From Sphingobacteriales bacterium (GTDB taxonomy: Bacteria; Bacteroidota; Bacteroidia; Chitinophagales; JADIYW01): a DNA stretch of 64,000 nt. Every line of letters starts with the position of its first letter. The first letter of the stretch is position 1. Shown in pieces: positions 19,959 to 29,257 of the stretch. The stretch is taken from NCBI GenBank assembly GCA_947460245.1, contig CANHGL010000008.1, positions 1,094 through 65,093 on the forward strand, in the 5' to 3' direction. The notes below the pieces were generated by a model that did not search any database, had not been told where the DNA came from, and saw nothing but the letters and a program-made list of their open reading frames with translations. Made by a program: the position numbers and the translations under genes.

Positions 19959-20127
19959 TGAGTAAAAAGTTGATTAAGAATTATACAGGATATACCCCCA
20001 CACAAACTATAGTAAATTTACCCAAAATCTATTAAAGGTGGGTTATTTCATAATCTTTTTCCGTGCCTCATAACAGGCTTTTTTAAATATTAAACGCAAT
20101 TCTAATGGATAAGCATTTCACAATTTG

Positions 20128-20135
20128 TATTTTTG
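20128..20135 (+). promoter_or_regulatory. candidate -7 box (TAttTTTG) for tyrS
   Basis: TAnnTTTG match 18 nt upstream of the ATG at 20154. It overlaps the tracked TTG start at 20133, which argues against that start. Confidence 0.4.
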
Positions 20136-20153
20136 TTCAAAATTGTGATTAAA

Positions 20154-21431
20154 ATGGATTTTGTTGAGGAGCTTAAATGGCGGGGTATGCTACATGATAT
20201 TATGCCCGGAACTGAGCAATCCCTCCGAGAAGGAATGGTTGCCGGATACATTGGATTTGACCCCACTTCTGATTCTTTAGGTATTGGCAACATGGTTCAG
20301 GTGATGACCTTGTTGCACTTACAGAAATGTGGTCATAAGCCTATAGCCTTAGTAGGTGGTGCTACCGGTATGGTAGGGGATCCAAGCGGAAAGAGTGCAG
20401 AACGGAATTTATTAACAGAAGAGCAACTAAACCATAATTTAGCCGGACAAAGAAAGCAGCTGGAGAAATTTCTGGATTTTAATTGTGGACCAAATGCCGC
20501 AGAAATCGTTAATAATTATGATTGGTTTAAGCATTTCTCATTCCTTGATTTTATTCGTGATGTGGGGAAGTATATTTCTGTAAATTATATGATGGCAAAG
20601 GATTCTGTTCAGAACAGACTCCAAACGGGTATGTCGTTTACAGAATTTAGCTACCAGTTAGTACAGGGATACGATTTTTACTACCTCTGGAAACATCATG
20701 GCGTAAAACTTCAACTGGGAGGAAGTGATCAATGGGGAAATATTGTTACGGGTACAGAATTAATCAGGAGAAAAGAGGGCGGAGAGGCCTATGCAGTTAC
20801 TACGCAGCTTATCAAAAAAGCTGATGGCACTAAGTTTGGAAAGACGGAAAGTGGAAATATCTGGCTGGATCCTAAAAAGACATCACCGTATAAATTTTAT
20901 CAGTTTTGGCTGAATGCTGCTGACGCAGATGCAAAAAGTTGGATTCGTGTTTTTTCTATGAAAGGCAAGGAAGAGATTGAGGCATTAGAGCAAGCGCACG
21001 AAGAAGCGCCCCACCTCCGAGTGCTACAGCGAGTATTGGCAGAAGAGATTACTGTCCGCGTGCATAGTGAAGGCGACTTACAGCAAGCCATCAAATCTTC
21101 AGAAATATTGTTTGGAAAAGCTACTGCTGAAAATTTAGCTCAATTGAGTAATGATCAGATTGATGATATTTTTGAAGGAGTTCCTGTTTATCAGATTACA
21201 AGAGATAAGTTGTCTGAGGGAATTAATATCCTGGATTTGCTTGCACAGGAAACCCAAATTCTCCCATCTAAAGGAGAGGCAAGAAAATTGGTTCAGTCGA
21301 ATGGTATTGCAGTAAATATGGAAAAATATACAGATGTAAACGGAGTATTATCTCCCTCTGATCTGATTAATGGAAAGTACATCCTGATAAAGAAAGGCAA
21401 GAAAGACTATAGCTTAATTGCTGTGGTTTAA
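20154..21431 (+). CDS. tyrS: tyrosine--tRNA ligase (bacterial type with C-terminal S4-like domain)
   Basis: [57 protein letters not shown] and KFGKTESG (KMSKS equivalent). The HIGH position reads GIGN (see findings). Confidence 0.9.
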   Translation: MDFVEELKWRGMLHDIMPGTEQSLREGMVAGYIGFDPTSDSLGIGNMVQVMTLLHLQKCGHKPIALVGGATGMVGDPSGKSAERNLLTEEQLNHNLAGQRKQLEKFLDFNCGPNAAEIVNNYDWFKHFSFLDFIRDVGKYISVNYMMAKDSVQNRLQTGMSFTEFSYQLVQGYDFYYLWKHHGVKLQLGGSDQWGNIVTGTELIRRKEGGEAYAVTTQLIKKADGTKFGKTESGNIWLDPKKTSPYKFYQFWLNAADADAKSWIRVFSMKGKEEIEALEQAHEEAPHLRVLQRVLAEEITVRVHSEGDLQQAIKSSEILFGKATAENLAQLSNDQIDDIFEGVPVYQITRDKLSEGINILDLLAQETQILPSKGEARKLVQSNGIAVNMEKYTDVNGVLSPSDLINGKYILIKKGKKDYSLIAVV

Positions 21432-22117
21432 TTGCTGGATTTGCTGATAAATTTAGCCTGCTTTCTGGCAAGTGTAATGTGGTAATTAAAAATAGCTTCC
21501 TGCTGATAAAGTGTGTCTTTGATGATTTTAAATCCTCTTTGAGTTAGGTGTTTGTTATAATCTTCAATATCTAGTTGAATAGGATGTAACACATCGCCCG
21601 GTAAAAGCTGAAAGATCTTTTTAAGGAAGGTATAGCGGTGTGCATCAGTAGAGATAATTAAATATCCACCGGGTTTCAGAGCTTTAAATAAATTATCATA
21701 GCAAAGCTCAATATCGCTTACATGATTGATGGCATTCATACAAAAAATAAGATCATATTTCGCTGCTTCATGTAGAGCTTCTATCGTGCTGTTTATAAAA
21801 CTTACCCAGGGGTATTGTTCAGGTATAAAATGAGGTAGTGATTTGTATTTATCAAGCAATGGATCCATTGCATCTACTGTATTCCCTTGTAGTGATAAGA
21901 AGATTCCAGCAGGTCCACAGCCTGCATCTAATACAGTCTTATCATTTATGGTTTTTAATGCAGTAGTATCTGATAAGAAGGATTGTAGTAACGTTACCCA
22001 ATACTGCTTTTTCCATGTCAGGTACTCGGAGGTGTCTTTCTTCTTTAGGTAACGTTGCCACCAACGATATTCTAACGCTTGAGCTAGTTTCCATTTTAGG
22101 GTACCCTTGTCTGTCAA
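21428..22117 (-). CDS. class I SAM-dependent methyltransferase
   Basis: Motif [11 protein letters not shown], an acidic post-I residue, and motif II/III-like [12 protein letters not shown]...[10 protein letters not shown]. It is the last gene of a three-gene minus-strand operon. Confidence 0.75.
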   Translation of the reverse strand: MTDKGTLKWKLAQALEYRWWQRYLKKKDTSEYLTWKKQYWVTLLQSFLSDTTALKTINDKTVLDAGCGPAGIFLSLQGNTVDAMDPLLDKYKSLPHFIPEQYPWVSFINSTIEALHEAAKYDLIFCMNAINHVSDIELCYDNLFKALKPGGYLIISTDAHRYTFLKKIFQLLPGDVLHPIQLDIEDYNKHLTQRGFKIIKDTLYQQEAIFNYHITLARKQAKFISKSSN

Positions 22118-22136
22118 TGCCTTATTTTCGGCTAAT

Positions 22137-23642
22137 TTATAGCTTATATCCCACAGTAAGAATAATACTAGGCCTTTTTGTGGTTAATACGGCTGATGGC
22201 GCAGGTCTCCAAGCTTCTGTTTGGATGGAATAGGGGCTAAAGATTTCCTTAAAACTGGTTTGCTGATAAGCTATATCTGCAAAGAAATTTTTTCCCCTAT
22301 AGCCAATTCCGGCAGAGTATGTGAGGCTTGTAGTGTTTATGTTTTCGGGTGCATAGCCGCTTTTATAGGCAGATGTCCTGTATTGAATCCCGCCTCGAAT
22401 GCGCATGGGGTCAAATTTGAATTCAACACCCCCTTTGATAGTATGCAAGATGCCATATTTCTGTCTTACTGTTTGATTGACACTATTTTCGTAGCTCTTA
22501 CTGTCTGTGTCTGCTCCATTTAATCTGAATTTGGAACTTCCTGCATCCGTTAATTCGTATTCAAAGGAAACCAGACCGTATTTATGAATATATCCGGCTC
22601 CGGATATAAACTTCCAGGGTTGTACGAATTTATATTTTGATATTCCTTCCGGCGACTCACCGGTTAAGATATAGGATTCACTGGCATAGTCGACCTCCAT
22701 GTTAGTGGCATATACATCTCGCATATATAGAATTCCGGGTGTTTGAAAGGCAACTGATAAGCGAAGGTTTTTTATAGGCATCGCAATAATTCCAAATTTT
22801 ATATTGAATCCTGCACCGGTAGTTTTAAGTATGGTCTCATTGGAAAATGAATTGAGGTCAAATGCAGAATCTTTGGTGTCTGTTTCTTTTAGTCGTACGC
22901 GTTCGTTATAGTTGATGATAGGAATTCCTAGGGATGCGCCAATCATAATTTTATCCTTATAAATACTTCCAAACCCTATAGCCAATTCATCCATCCCACC
23001 ACTTTTTTTAATAGAGTAGTCTTGTTGCATATGGCCATTATTTGTTGCTGTATATATATTACCAAGACTGTCAGCAGTCAGTAATCCAAGTTGGTAAGCA
23101 ATGCTGGCATCAAAAGGATATTTTGTTCTGGCATCATCTTCTGATTGAATAATATTCCTGTCAGAAAGCTTCTCCCAATAATTATCTAGCAGACTATTCT
23201 TCTCATTATAACCTCCAAAATAATATTCATCATTATAGTTGGCGAGTCGATTTAACCCTATCCCAAATTTCAAATCATTCCAGTTCTTATTGGCATTCTC
23301 CCGTAGATACTTGCTCGACACAATAATTCCAATATTGGTGAGTTGGAATTTTGCCTTACTGTTATCTGTTGAATTATTCAGGTAAGTTCCCGACGTCTGC
23401 CCAATAGATACCGCTGTACTTAGTGTGAATTCTGTACTGCTAAACTTCGCAATTCCGGCAGGATTGGTGGAAAGGGAACTAAAGTCGGCACCAATTGTAC
23501 CCATCGTATTTCCTAATGCTATGTTTCTTGCCGTACCCTGAACCCCTGTAATGCTATACCTCAATGCATCTAAATCTGTCTGAGCATGAGTTATGGGAAT
23601 CGAGAGTAATAAGATGGAGTATAGTAGTAAATTTTTAATCAT
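22137..23642 (-). CDS. FadL/TodX-like outer-membrane beta-barrel protein
   Basis: Signal peptide ending THAQ, N-terminal DALRYS...GTARNIALGNTMGTIGADFSSLSTNPAGIA hatch motif, and a C-terminal LTVGYKL beta-signal. 501 aa. Confidence 0.6.
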   Translation of the reverse strand: MIKNLLLYSILLLSIPITHAQTDLDALRYSITGVQGTARNIALGNTMGTIGADFSSLSTNPAGIAKFSSTEFTLSTAVSIGQTSGTYLNNSTDNSKAKFQLTNIGIIVSSKYLRENANKNWNDLKFGIGLNRLANYNDEYYFGGYNEKNSLLDNYWEKLSDRNIIQSEDDARTKYPFDASIAYQLGLLTADSLGNIYTATNNGHMQQDYSIKKSGGMDELAIGFGSIYKDKIMIGASLGIPIINYNERVRLKETDTKDSAFDLNSFSNETILKTTGAGFNIKFGIIAMPIKNLRLSVAFQTPGILYMRDVYATNMEVDYASESYILTGESPEGISKYKFVQPWKFISGAGYIHKYGLVSFEYELTDAGSSKFRLNGADTDSKSYENSVNQTVRQKYGILHTIKGGVEFKFDPMRIRGGIQYRTSAYKSGYAPENINTTSLTYSAGIGYRGKNFFADIAYQQTSFKEIFSPYSIQTEAWRPAPSAVLTTKRPSIILTVGYKL

Positions 23643-23660
23643 TTGTAAAGGTTTAGAACG

Positions 23661-24560
23661 TTATTTTGGCTTCTTACCGATTTTTATTCCGCCATCATTT
23701 GCTGGACTGGCTGGTTTCTCTTTGTCCCAATTATTGCTTGGCGGTGATGTAGGTCTTGGTGTATTCCCTGGGTTATTATACTGATAAGTATTCTGATTTC
23801 GCTTAGGCTGATCTACTTTATCCCATTTTTTAGGCGCCTGGTTATTCTTTATAATATCAGGAGAGGTATTTTGACGTATTGGTGTATTACTATTGGAGTT
23901 ATTACCTCTGTAAGGGTTTGTATTGCTGTAGTTGCTTCTTCTTGGACCGTAAACTACGTTTCTCCTTCCTGCATCGTAATGTCCATGATAATAGGGGTAT
24001 GAATTATTGTAATACAACATGTTGCTGTATGGGGAAAAATAATTCCAACTGTAAGGGTTATAGTATCCATAATTCCAACAGTTCATCCATGGGTCATTGA
24101 CAATAATCATCTGACAACTTCCCCAAAATGGGTTATAAAAATTATTGTATCCATACACCCAGGATGGTGTAAAGCTATACGCCCCTATAGTAGTGTAAGG
24201 ATCATAGGAATTATAGAAAGGGTCATAAATAAAACTATATCCATAGCTGAACCGAACAGAAGGATGGTGAAATCTCCTTATTCTGCCAACATATCCGTAG
24301 TCTAAATCATCATCATCGGAATAATAAGATGAACGATTGTCATCTGAAATAATTTGGTCCTCCCGATAGGATTGGGCCCTATCGTATTGTGACGGAGCTG
24401 TAGTATTCTGTGATCTTACTTTTTTTGGCTTAGGTGGATCATATACATCGTCTTGAGCACTTGCATTAAGGAAAACAAAAGTAAAAACCAGAAATAATAT
24501 GGACCACTTCCTACAAATTAGATAGATGGTTATGCTATTTTTGAATGGATTACTTTTCAT
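23661..24560 (-). CDS. secreted low-complexity Tyr/Asn/Pro/Trp-rich protein, unknown function
   Basis: Signal peptide (FLNASAQ), an acidic stretch (YYSDDDDLDYGY), RIRRFHHPS, an aromatic/Asn-rich core, and an N/S/P/K-rich tail. It lies 18 nt upstream of the FadL-like gene. Confidence 0.6.
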   Translation of the reverse strand: MKSNPFKNSITIYLICRKWSILFLVFTFVFLNASAQDDVYDPPKPKKVRSQNTTAPSQYDRAQSYREDQIISDDNRSSYYSDDDDLDYGYVGRIRRFHHPSVRFSYGYSFIYDPFYNSYDPYTTIGAYSFTPSWVYGYNNFYNPFWGSCQMIIVNDPWMNCWNYGYYNPYSWNYFSPYSNMLYYNNSYPYYHGHYDAGRRNVVYGPRRSNYSNTNPYRGNNSNSNTPIRQNTSPDIIKNNQAPKKWDKVDQPKRNQNTYQYNNPGNTPRPTSPPSNNWDKEKPASPANDGGIKIGKKPK

Positions 24561-24683
24561 GGGTGTCTATTTTTAATCTTTTAACAATCTTAAATCTCGT
24601 ATTTTTGAGACCAATTTGGAATATTAGTTTCAAAAAGCGTACCAAACTAAAATAATAATAATCAAACTATAATTATTGCTAAA

Positions 24684-26165
24684 ATGGCAAAGGAAATTAC
24701 AAGCAGAGCAGAAAATTACTCAGAATGGTATAATGACCTAGTATTGAAGGGCGGACTGGCGGATTATTCAGCAGTTCGTGGTTGTATGGTGATCAAGCCT
24801 TATGGTTATGCCTTATGGGAAAACATGCGCGATATTTTGGATAAGATGTTTAAAGAGACAGGTCACGTGAATGCTTACTTCCCTTTATTTGTTCCTAAGA
24901 GTCTATTTGAGGCGGAAGAGAAAAATGCAGAGGGTTTTGCAAAGGAGTGTGCTGTAGTAACACACTATCGCCTAAAAACAGATCCCGATAATAAAGGTAA
25001 ATTAATAGTTGACCCCGAAGCTAAACTGGAAGAAGAGTTGGTGGTCCGACCTACCTCAGAAGCTATCATCTGGAATACCTATAAAAAATGGATACAATCT
25101 TACAGAGATCTTCCTTTGTTGATCAATCAATGGGCCAATGTAGTAAGGTGGGAGATGCGAACCAGACTTTTTTTACGTACTGCTGAATTCCTTTGGCAAG
25201 AGGGACATACTGCCCATGCTACGCGTCAAGAGGCTATGGAAGAAACTATTCGTATGATAAATTTATATGCTGATTTTGTGGAGAATTACATGGCTCTGCC
25301 TGTAATTAAGGGCGTAAAATCGGAAAGCGAGCGATTTGCGGGTGCAGAGGACACCTATACTATAGAGGCAATGATGCAAGACGGTAAAGCGTTGCAATCT
25401 GGTACCTCTCATTTTTTAGGACAAAATTTTGCCAAGGCATTTGACGTTAAGTTCGTGAACAAGGAAAATACAGAAGAGTTTGTTTGGGCAACATCCTGGG
25501 GGGTTTCTACCCGTTTGATTGGTGCCTTGATTATGGCGCATTCTGATGATGATGGTTTGGTAATGCCACCAAAATTGGCGCCACATCAGGTGGTGATTAT
25601 CCCTTTCTTATCTAAAAATTTGGAGGAAACAGAGGTGATGATTGACAAAGCTAATGACTTAAAAAAAGAATTGGCGAAGATGGGTATTCGTGCTTTAGTA
25701 GATTCTGATGAAACCAAACGTCCGGGTTTTAAATTTGCAGAATATGAGTTGAAGGGTATTCCATTGAGAGTGGTAATTGGTCCAAGAGATTTGGCTAATG
25801 GGGTAGTAGAAATTGCACGTAGAGATACCAAAGAAAAGGCATTTTTTCCGACAGATAACTTGCCGGGAACTATACAAGGATTATTAGAGGATATTCAACA
25901 AAATATGTTTAACCGAGCAAAATCCTTTAGAGATTCTAATATTACCAAAGTGGATGATTTTGAAGTTTTCCAGAAATTATTAGATGAAAAACCAGGTTTT
26001 ATTTTAGCACATTGGGATGGTACAGCAGAAACGGAAGATAAAATTAAAGAGCTGACTAAGGCTACTATTCGTTGTATTCCTTTGGATAATCCGCAGGAAG
26101 ATGGAAAGTGTATTTTAACAGGTAAGTCAAGCAAACAACGTGTTTTATTTGCACGTGCGTATTAA
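24684..26165 (+). CDS. proS: proline--tRNA ligase (archaeal/eukaryote-like short form)
   Basis: 493 aa. Class II motifs, [35 protein letters not shown], and the C-terminal Zn/ProRS-C1 domain ending ...FARAY. Confidence 0.95.
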   Translation: MAKEITSRAENYSEWYNDLVLKGGLADYSAVRGCMVIKPYGYALWENMRDILDKMFKETGHVNAYFPLFVPKSLFEAEEKNAEGFAKECAVVTHYRLKTDPDNKGKLIVDPEAKLEEELVVRPTSEAIIWNTYKKWIQSYRDLPLLINQWANVVRWEMRTRLFLRTAEFLWQEGHTAHATRQEAMEETIRMINLYADFVENYMALPVIKGVKSESERFAGAEDTYTIEAMMQDGKALQSGTSHFLGQNFAKAFDVKFVNKENTEEFVWATSWGVSTRLIGALIMAHSDDDGLVMPPKLAPHQVVIIPFLSKNLEETEVMIDKANDLKKELAKMGIRALVDSDETKRPGFKFAEYELKGIPLRVVIGPRDLANGVVEIARRDTKEKAFFPTDNLPGTIQGLLEDIQQNMFNRAKSFRDSNITKVDDFEVFQKLLDEKPGFILAHWDGTAETEDKIKELTKATIRCIPLDNPQEDGKCILTGKSSKQRVLFARAY

Positions 26166-26205
26166 TAGAAATTAAAAAGCTTTTAGCACTAAATCTGCTA
26201 CAGTT

Positions 26206-27792
26206 ATGAAAAAATCACTAGAGTTAACGCTCCCGCCGGAGATTGGATTAGATGTATTGAATCTCCAATCTCACCTTCAGAGCTATCTGAAGATAAAAGA
26301 TGCGAATGCCTTCCACGTCAGATTATTAAAGCGTTCTATTGATGCGCGTTCAAGGAATATTAAAGTAAATATTACTGCAGATATTTATGTGGATCAAGTT
26401 CCGGAAGCGCTCATTGCTTTTCAAAAGGAATACAGAAATATCGCCAATGCAAAGCAAGCAATCATTGTAGGTGCTGGGCCCGCAGGGTTATTTGCAGCCT
26501 TGCGGCTGATAGAGCTGGGTATAAAACCTATTTTAATCGAAAGAGGAAAGGACGTACAGGAGCGTCGTCGAGATTTGGCCAATATCAACAAGAGCAATAT
26601 TGTTAATTCGGAATCTAATTACTGTTTTGGTGAGGGTGGTGCCGGTACTTATTCGGATGGTAAGCTGTATACCCGATCTAAAAAGCGGGGAGACATTCGT
26701 AGAATATTGGAAATATTGGTGGCGCATGGAGCTAATGAAGATATTTTAGCTGATGCCCACCCGCACATAGGCACCAACAAGTTGCCAAAACTAGTTGCAG
26801 AATTAAGGTCTAGTATTTTAAACGCAGGTGGTGAAATTTATTTTAATACCAAAGTGATAGACTTCATTTTAGAAAATGGAGAAATGAAAGGTGTACTTCT
26901 TGAAAAGGTAAATGTTAATGGGGTTGACGGAATTAAGAAAGGAGTAGGTGTAATTTTGGCTACGGGCCATTCTGCTCGTGATATTTTTGAACTGCTGCAC
27001 CTGCGTAATATTACTATTGAGGCAAAGCCTTTTGCGTTGGGTGTGCGCATAGAACATCGACAATCCTTGATTGATTCCATACAGTACAAGATAAAGGATA
27101 GAGGTATGTATTTGCCTGCTGCCTCTTATAGTTTGGTAGAGCAAGTCAAGGTAGGCGCACAACAAAAGGGGGTATTTTCTTTTTGTATGTGCCCAGGCGG
27201 TTTTATAGTACCTGCTGCTACGCATCAGAATGAAATTGTAGTAAATGGGATGTCGCCATCCAAACGGGATTCTGTTTTTTCAAATTCCGGAATGGTGGTA
27301 GCTGTCGACGATTCAGATTGGAGCGATTTTAAAAGTTTCGGACCGCTTGCGGCATTGGAGTTTCAAAAAGCTGTAGAGCAAAAAGCATGGGAAATAGCCG
27401 GAAAAACACAAATAGCACCCGCACAGCGCATGCAGGATTTTGTACATAAGAAGGTATCTGCTTCTTTATTGGAAACATCCTATCAGCCCGGATTGGTTTC
27501 TGTAGAGATGAGGGATTTTCTACCTAAAACTATAGCCTATTGTTTGCAGGAAGGATTTAAAAGTTTTGGAAATAAAATGCAGGACTATCTTTCTAATGAT
27601 GCCCAAATTATTGGTGTAGAAAGCAGAACATCATCGCCGGTAAAGATTCCCAGAGATAAAGATTCATTGGAGCATATCAGTACCAAAAGATTATTTCCCT
27701 GTGCGGAAGGTGCAGGATATGCCGGAGGAATTATGAGTGCAGCTATGGATGGAGAACGTTGTGCAGAGCAGCTAGCGAAATTATATGCGTAA
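26206..27792 (+). CDS. FAD-dependent oxidoreductase (COG2509-type uncharacterised dehydrogenase)
   Basis: IIVGAGPAGLFAALRL dinucleotide fold, GEGGAGTYSDGKL, and the C-terminal AEGAGYAGGIMSAAMDG motif. Confidence 0.8.
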   Translation: MKKSLELTLPPEIGLDVLNLQSHLQSYLKIKDANAFHVRLLKRSIDARSRNIKVNITADIYVDQVPEALIAFQKEYRNIANAKQAIIVGAGPAGLFAALRLIELGIKPILIERGKDVQERRRDLANINKSNIVNSESNYCFGEGGAGTYSDGKLYTRSKKRGDIRRILEILVAHGANEDILADAHPHIGTNKLPKLVAELRSSILNAGGEIYFNTKVIDFILENGEMKGVLLEKVNVNGVDGIKKGVGVILATGHSARDIFELLHLRNITIEAKPFALGVRIEHRQSLIDSIQYKIKDRGMYLPAASYSLVEQVKVGAQQKGVFSFCMCPGGFIVPAATHQNEIVVNGMSPSKRDSVFSNSGMVVAVDDSDWSDFKSFGPLAALEFQKAVEQKAWEIAGKTQIAPAQRMQDFVHKKVSASLLETSYQPGLVSVEMRDFLPKTIAYCLQEGFKSFGNKMQDYLSNDAQIIGVESRTSSPVKIPRDKDSLEHISTKRLFPCAEGAGYAGGIMSAAMDGERCAEQLAKLYA

Positions 27793-27853
27793 CTGATTTA
27801 ATAGTATTTTCATCTGTACTTTTATTTGCTCTGATTTTTTTTTAAATTTAGTT

Positions 27854-29257
27854 ATGAAAAATAGTTTACTTGTATTTTGCTGTTGCATCCTTTTCTCTTG
27901 CAAAAAGGAAAGTAGTTTAAGTCCTTACAAAGAAGATCCTTCCATCTTTCAGGATCAGTACGGCAGACAGTTAATCTTGCATGGTCTAAATACCGGCAGT
28001 AAGGATCCTGCCTCTGATCATTGGATTCAGGATACAGATGTAGATAAAGAGGATAAACAGTTTGGATTTAATTTTGTCCGTTATCTGATGCTCTGGGAGG
28101 GTATAGAGCCACAAAAGGGTGTCTTTGATGAAGCCTATTTGGATAGAATCGAACAAAGAGTAAAATGGTACACCTCACGTGGTATGTATGTATTACTCGA
28201 TATGCATCAGGATTTATACAGTATAAAATTTGGAGGTGATGGCGCCCCGGAATGGGCAATACAGGCAAATGGTCTTCCTGTAAGTCCTAATAATCCTTAT
28301 GGGAATCTATGGTTTCTAAAAAATTTAGATCCCGCTTTAGTCGCAGCCTTTCAGAATTTCTGGAAGTATTCTGCCTATAAAGAGTTACAAGATCATTATA
28401 TACTTGCGTGGAAGAAAGTTGCAAAACGTTTTAAGGATAATCCATATGTAATAGGATATGATTTGATGAATGAGCCTTATGCAGGAGACTTAGGTATGAA
28501 TGTATCTGGTACATTTGAAAAAACTCAACTCAAAGAGTTTTACGATCGCCTGATTCCTGCAATAAGGTCTGTCGATCAAAATAAATATTTATTTTTTGAA
28601 CCTACCTCGCTTGGTGTGAACTCCGGACTTTTCTCCAGTCTTCCAAAAATTAATGATACCCGTGCAATACCAAAATTGGCTTATGCTCCGCATTGTTACC
28701 CTCTGTTTATAGAGGCGGCGCCTGGTCCTTATGGAGCTGCTGAACGCCAACAACTCAAAGAGTGGCAATGGGAGCGTTCTAAAGAAATAAAGAAACAAAA
28801 TTGCCCGATGATTATTGGTGAAGTAGGTATTGATCCTGCTCAGGCAGGTTTTGATAGTTATCTGCATGATGTATGTAACTACATGGATTCTGTGCAGGGG
28901 GGCTGGACGTATTGGTTTAATGGTCTTGGTGGATGGAGCCCTTTGAATAATGACGGATCGGAAGGACCAGTATTATTTGCATTGCTCAGGACTTATCCGA
29001 AAGCAACAGCAGGTAAGATTTCTTCATTTCGTTTTGATCCTGTTAGTAAAGTATTTACTATGAAGTTTGTAAGTAATGCAGCTATTACGCAACCTACGGA
29101 GATTTTCATTCCTAAGCATTATTATCCAAATGGATTTAATTTATCGGTAGTTGGTACTTCGAATTATACCCAGATATTTGATGAAGTTCATCAGTTGCTG
29201 AAGTTTAATACAACGGATAATGCGAAAGAGATTACTATTGAGATATCACCAAAATAA
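27854..29257 (+). CDS. GH5 glycoside hydrolase lipoprotein (endoglycoceramidase/cellulase-like)
   Basis: Lipobox ILFSC. Also FNFVRYLMLWEGIEP, LDMHQD, acid/base DLMNEPY and nucleophile IIGEVG. Confidence 0.8.
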   Translation: MKNSLLVFCCCILFSCKKESSLSPYKEDPSIFQDQYGRQLILHGLNTGSKDPASDHWIQDTDVDKEDKQFGFNFVRYLMLWEGIEPQKGVFDEAYLDRIEQRVKWYTSRGMYVLLDMHQDLYSIKFGGDGAPEWAIQANGLPVSPNNPYGNLWFLKNLDPALVAAFQNFWKYSAYKELQDHYILAWKKVAKRFKDNPYVIGYDLMNEPYAGDLGMNVSGTFEKTQLKEFYDRLIPAIRSVDQNKYLFFEPTSLGVNSGLFSSLPKINDTRAIPKLAYAPHCYPLFIEAAPGPYGAAERQQLKEWQWERSKEIKKQNCPMIIGEVGIDPAQAGFDSYLHDVCNYMDSVQGGWTYWFNGLGGWSPLNNDGSEGPVLFALLRTYPKATAGKISSFRFDPVSKVFTMKFVSNAAITQPTEIFIPKHYYPNGFNLSVVGTSNYTQIFDEVHQLLKFNTTDNAKEITIEISPK

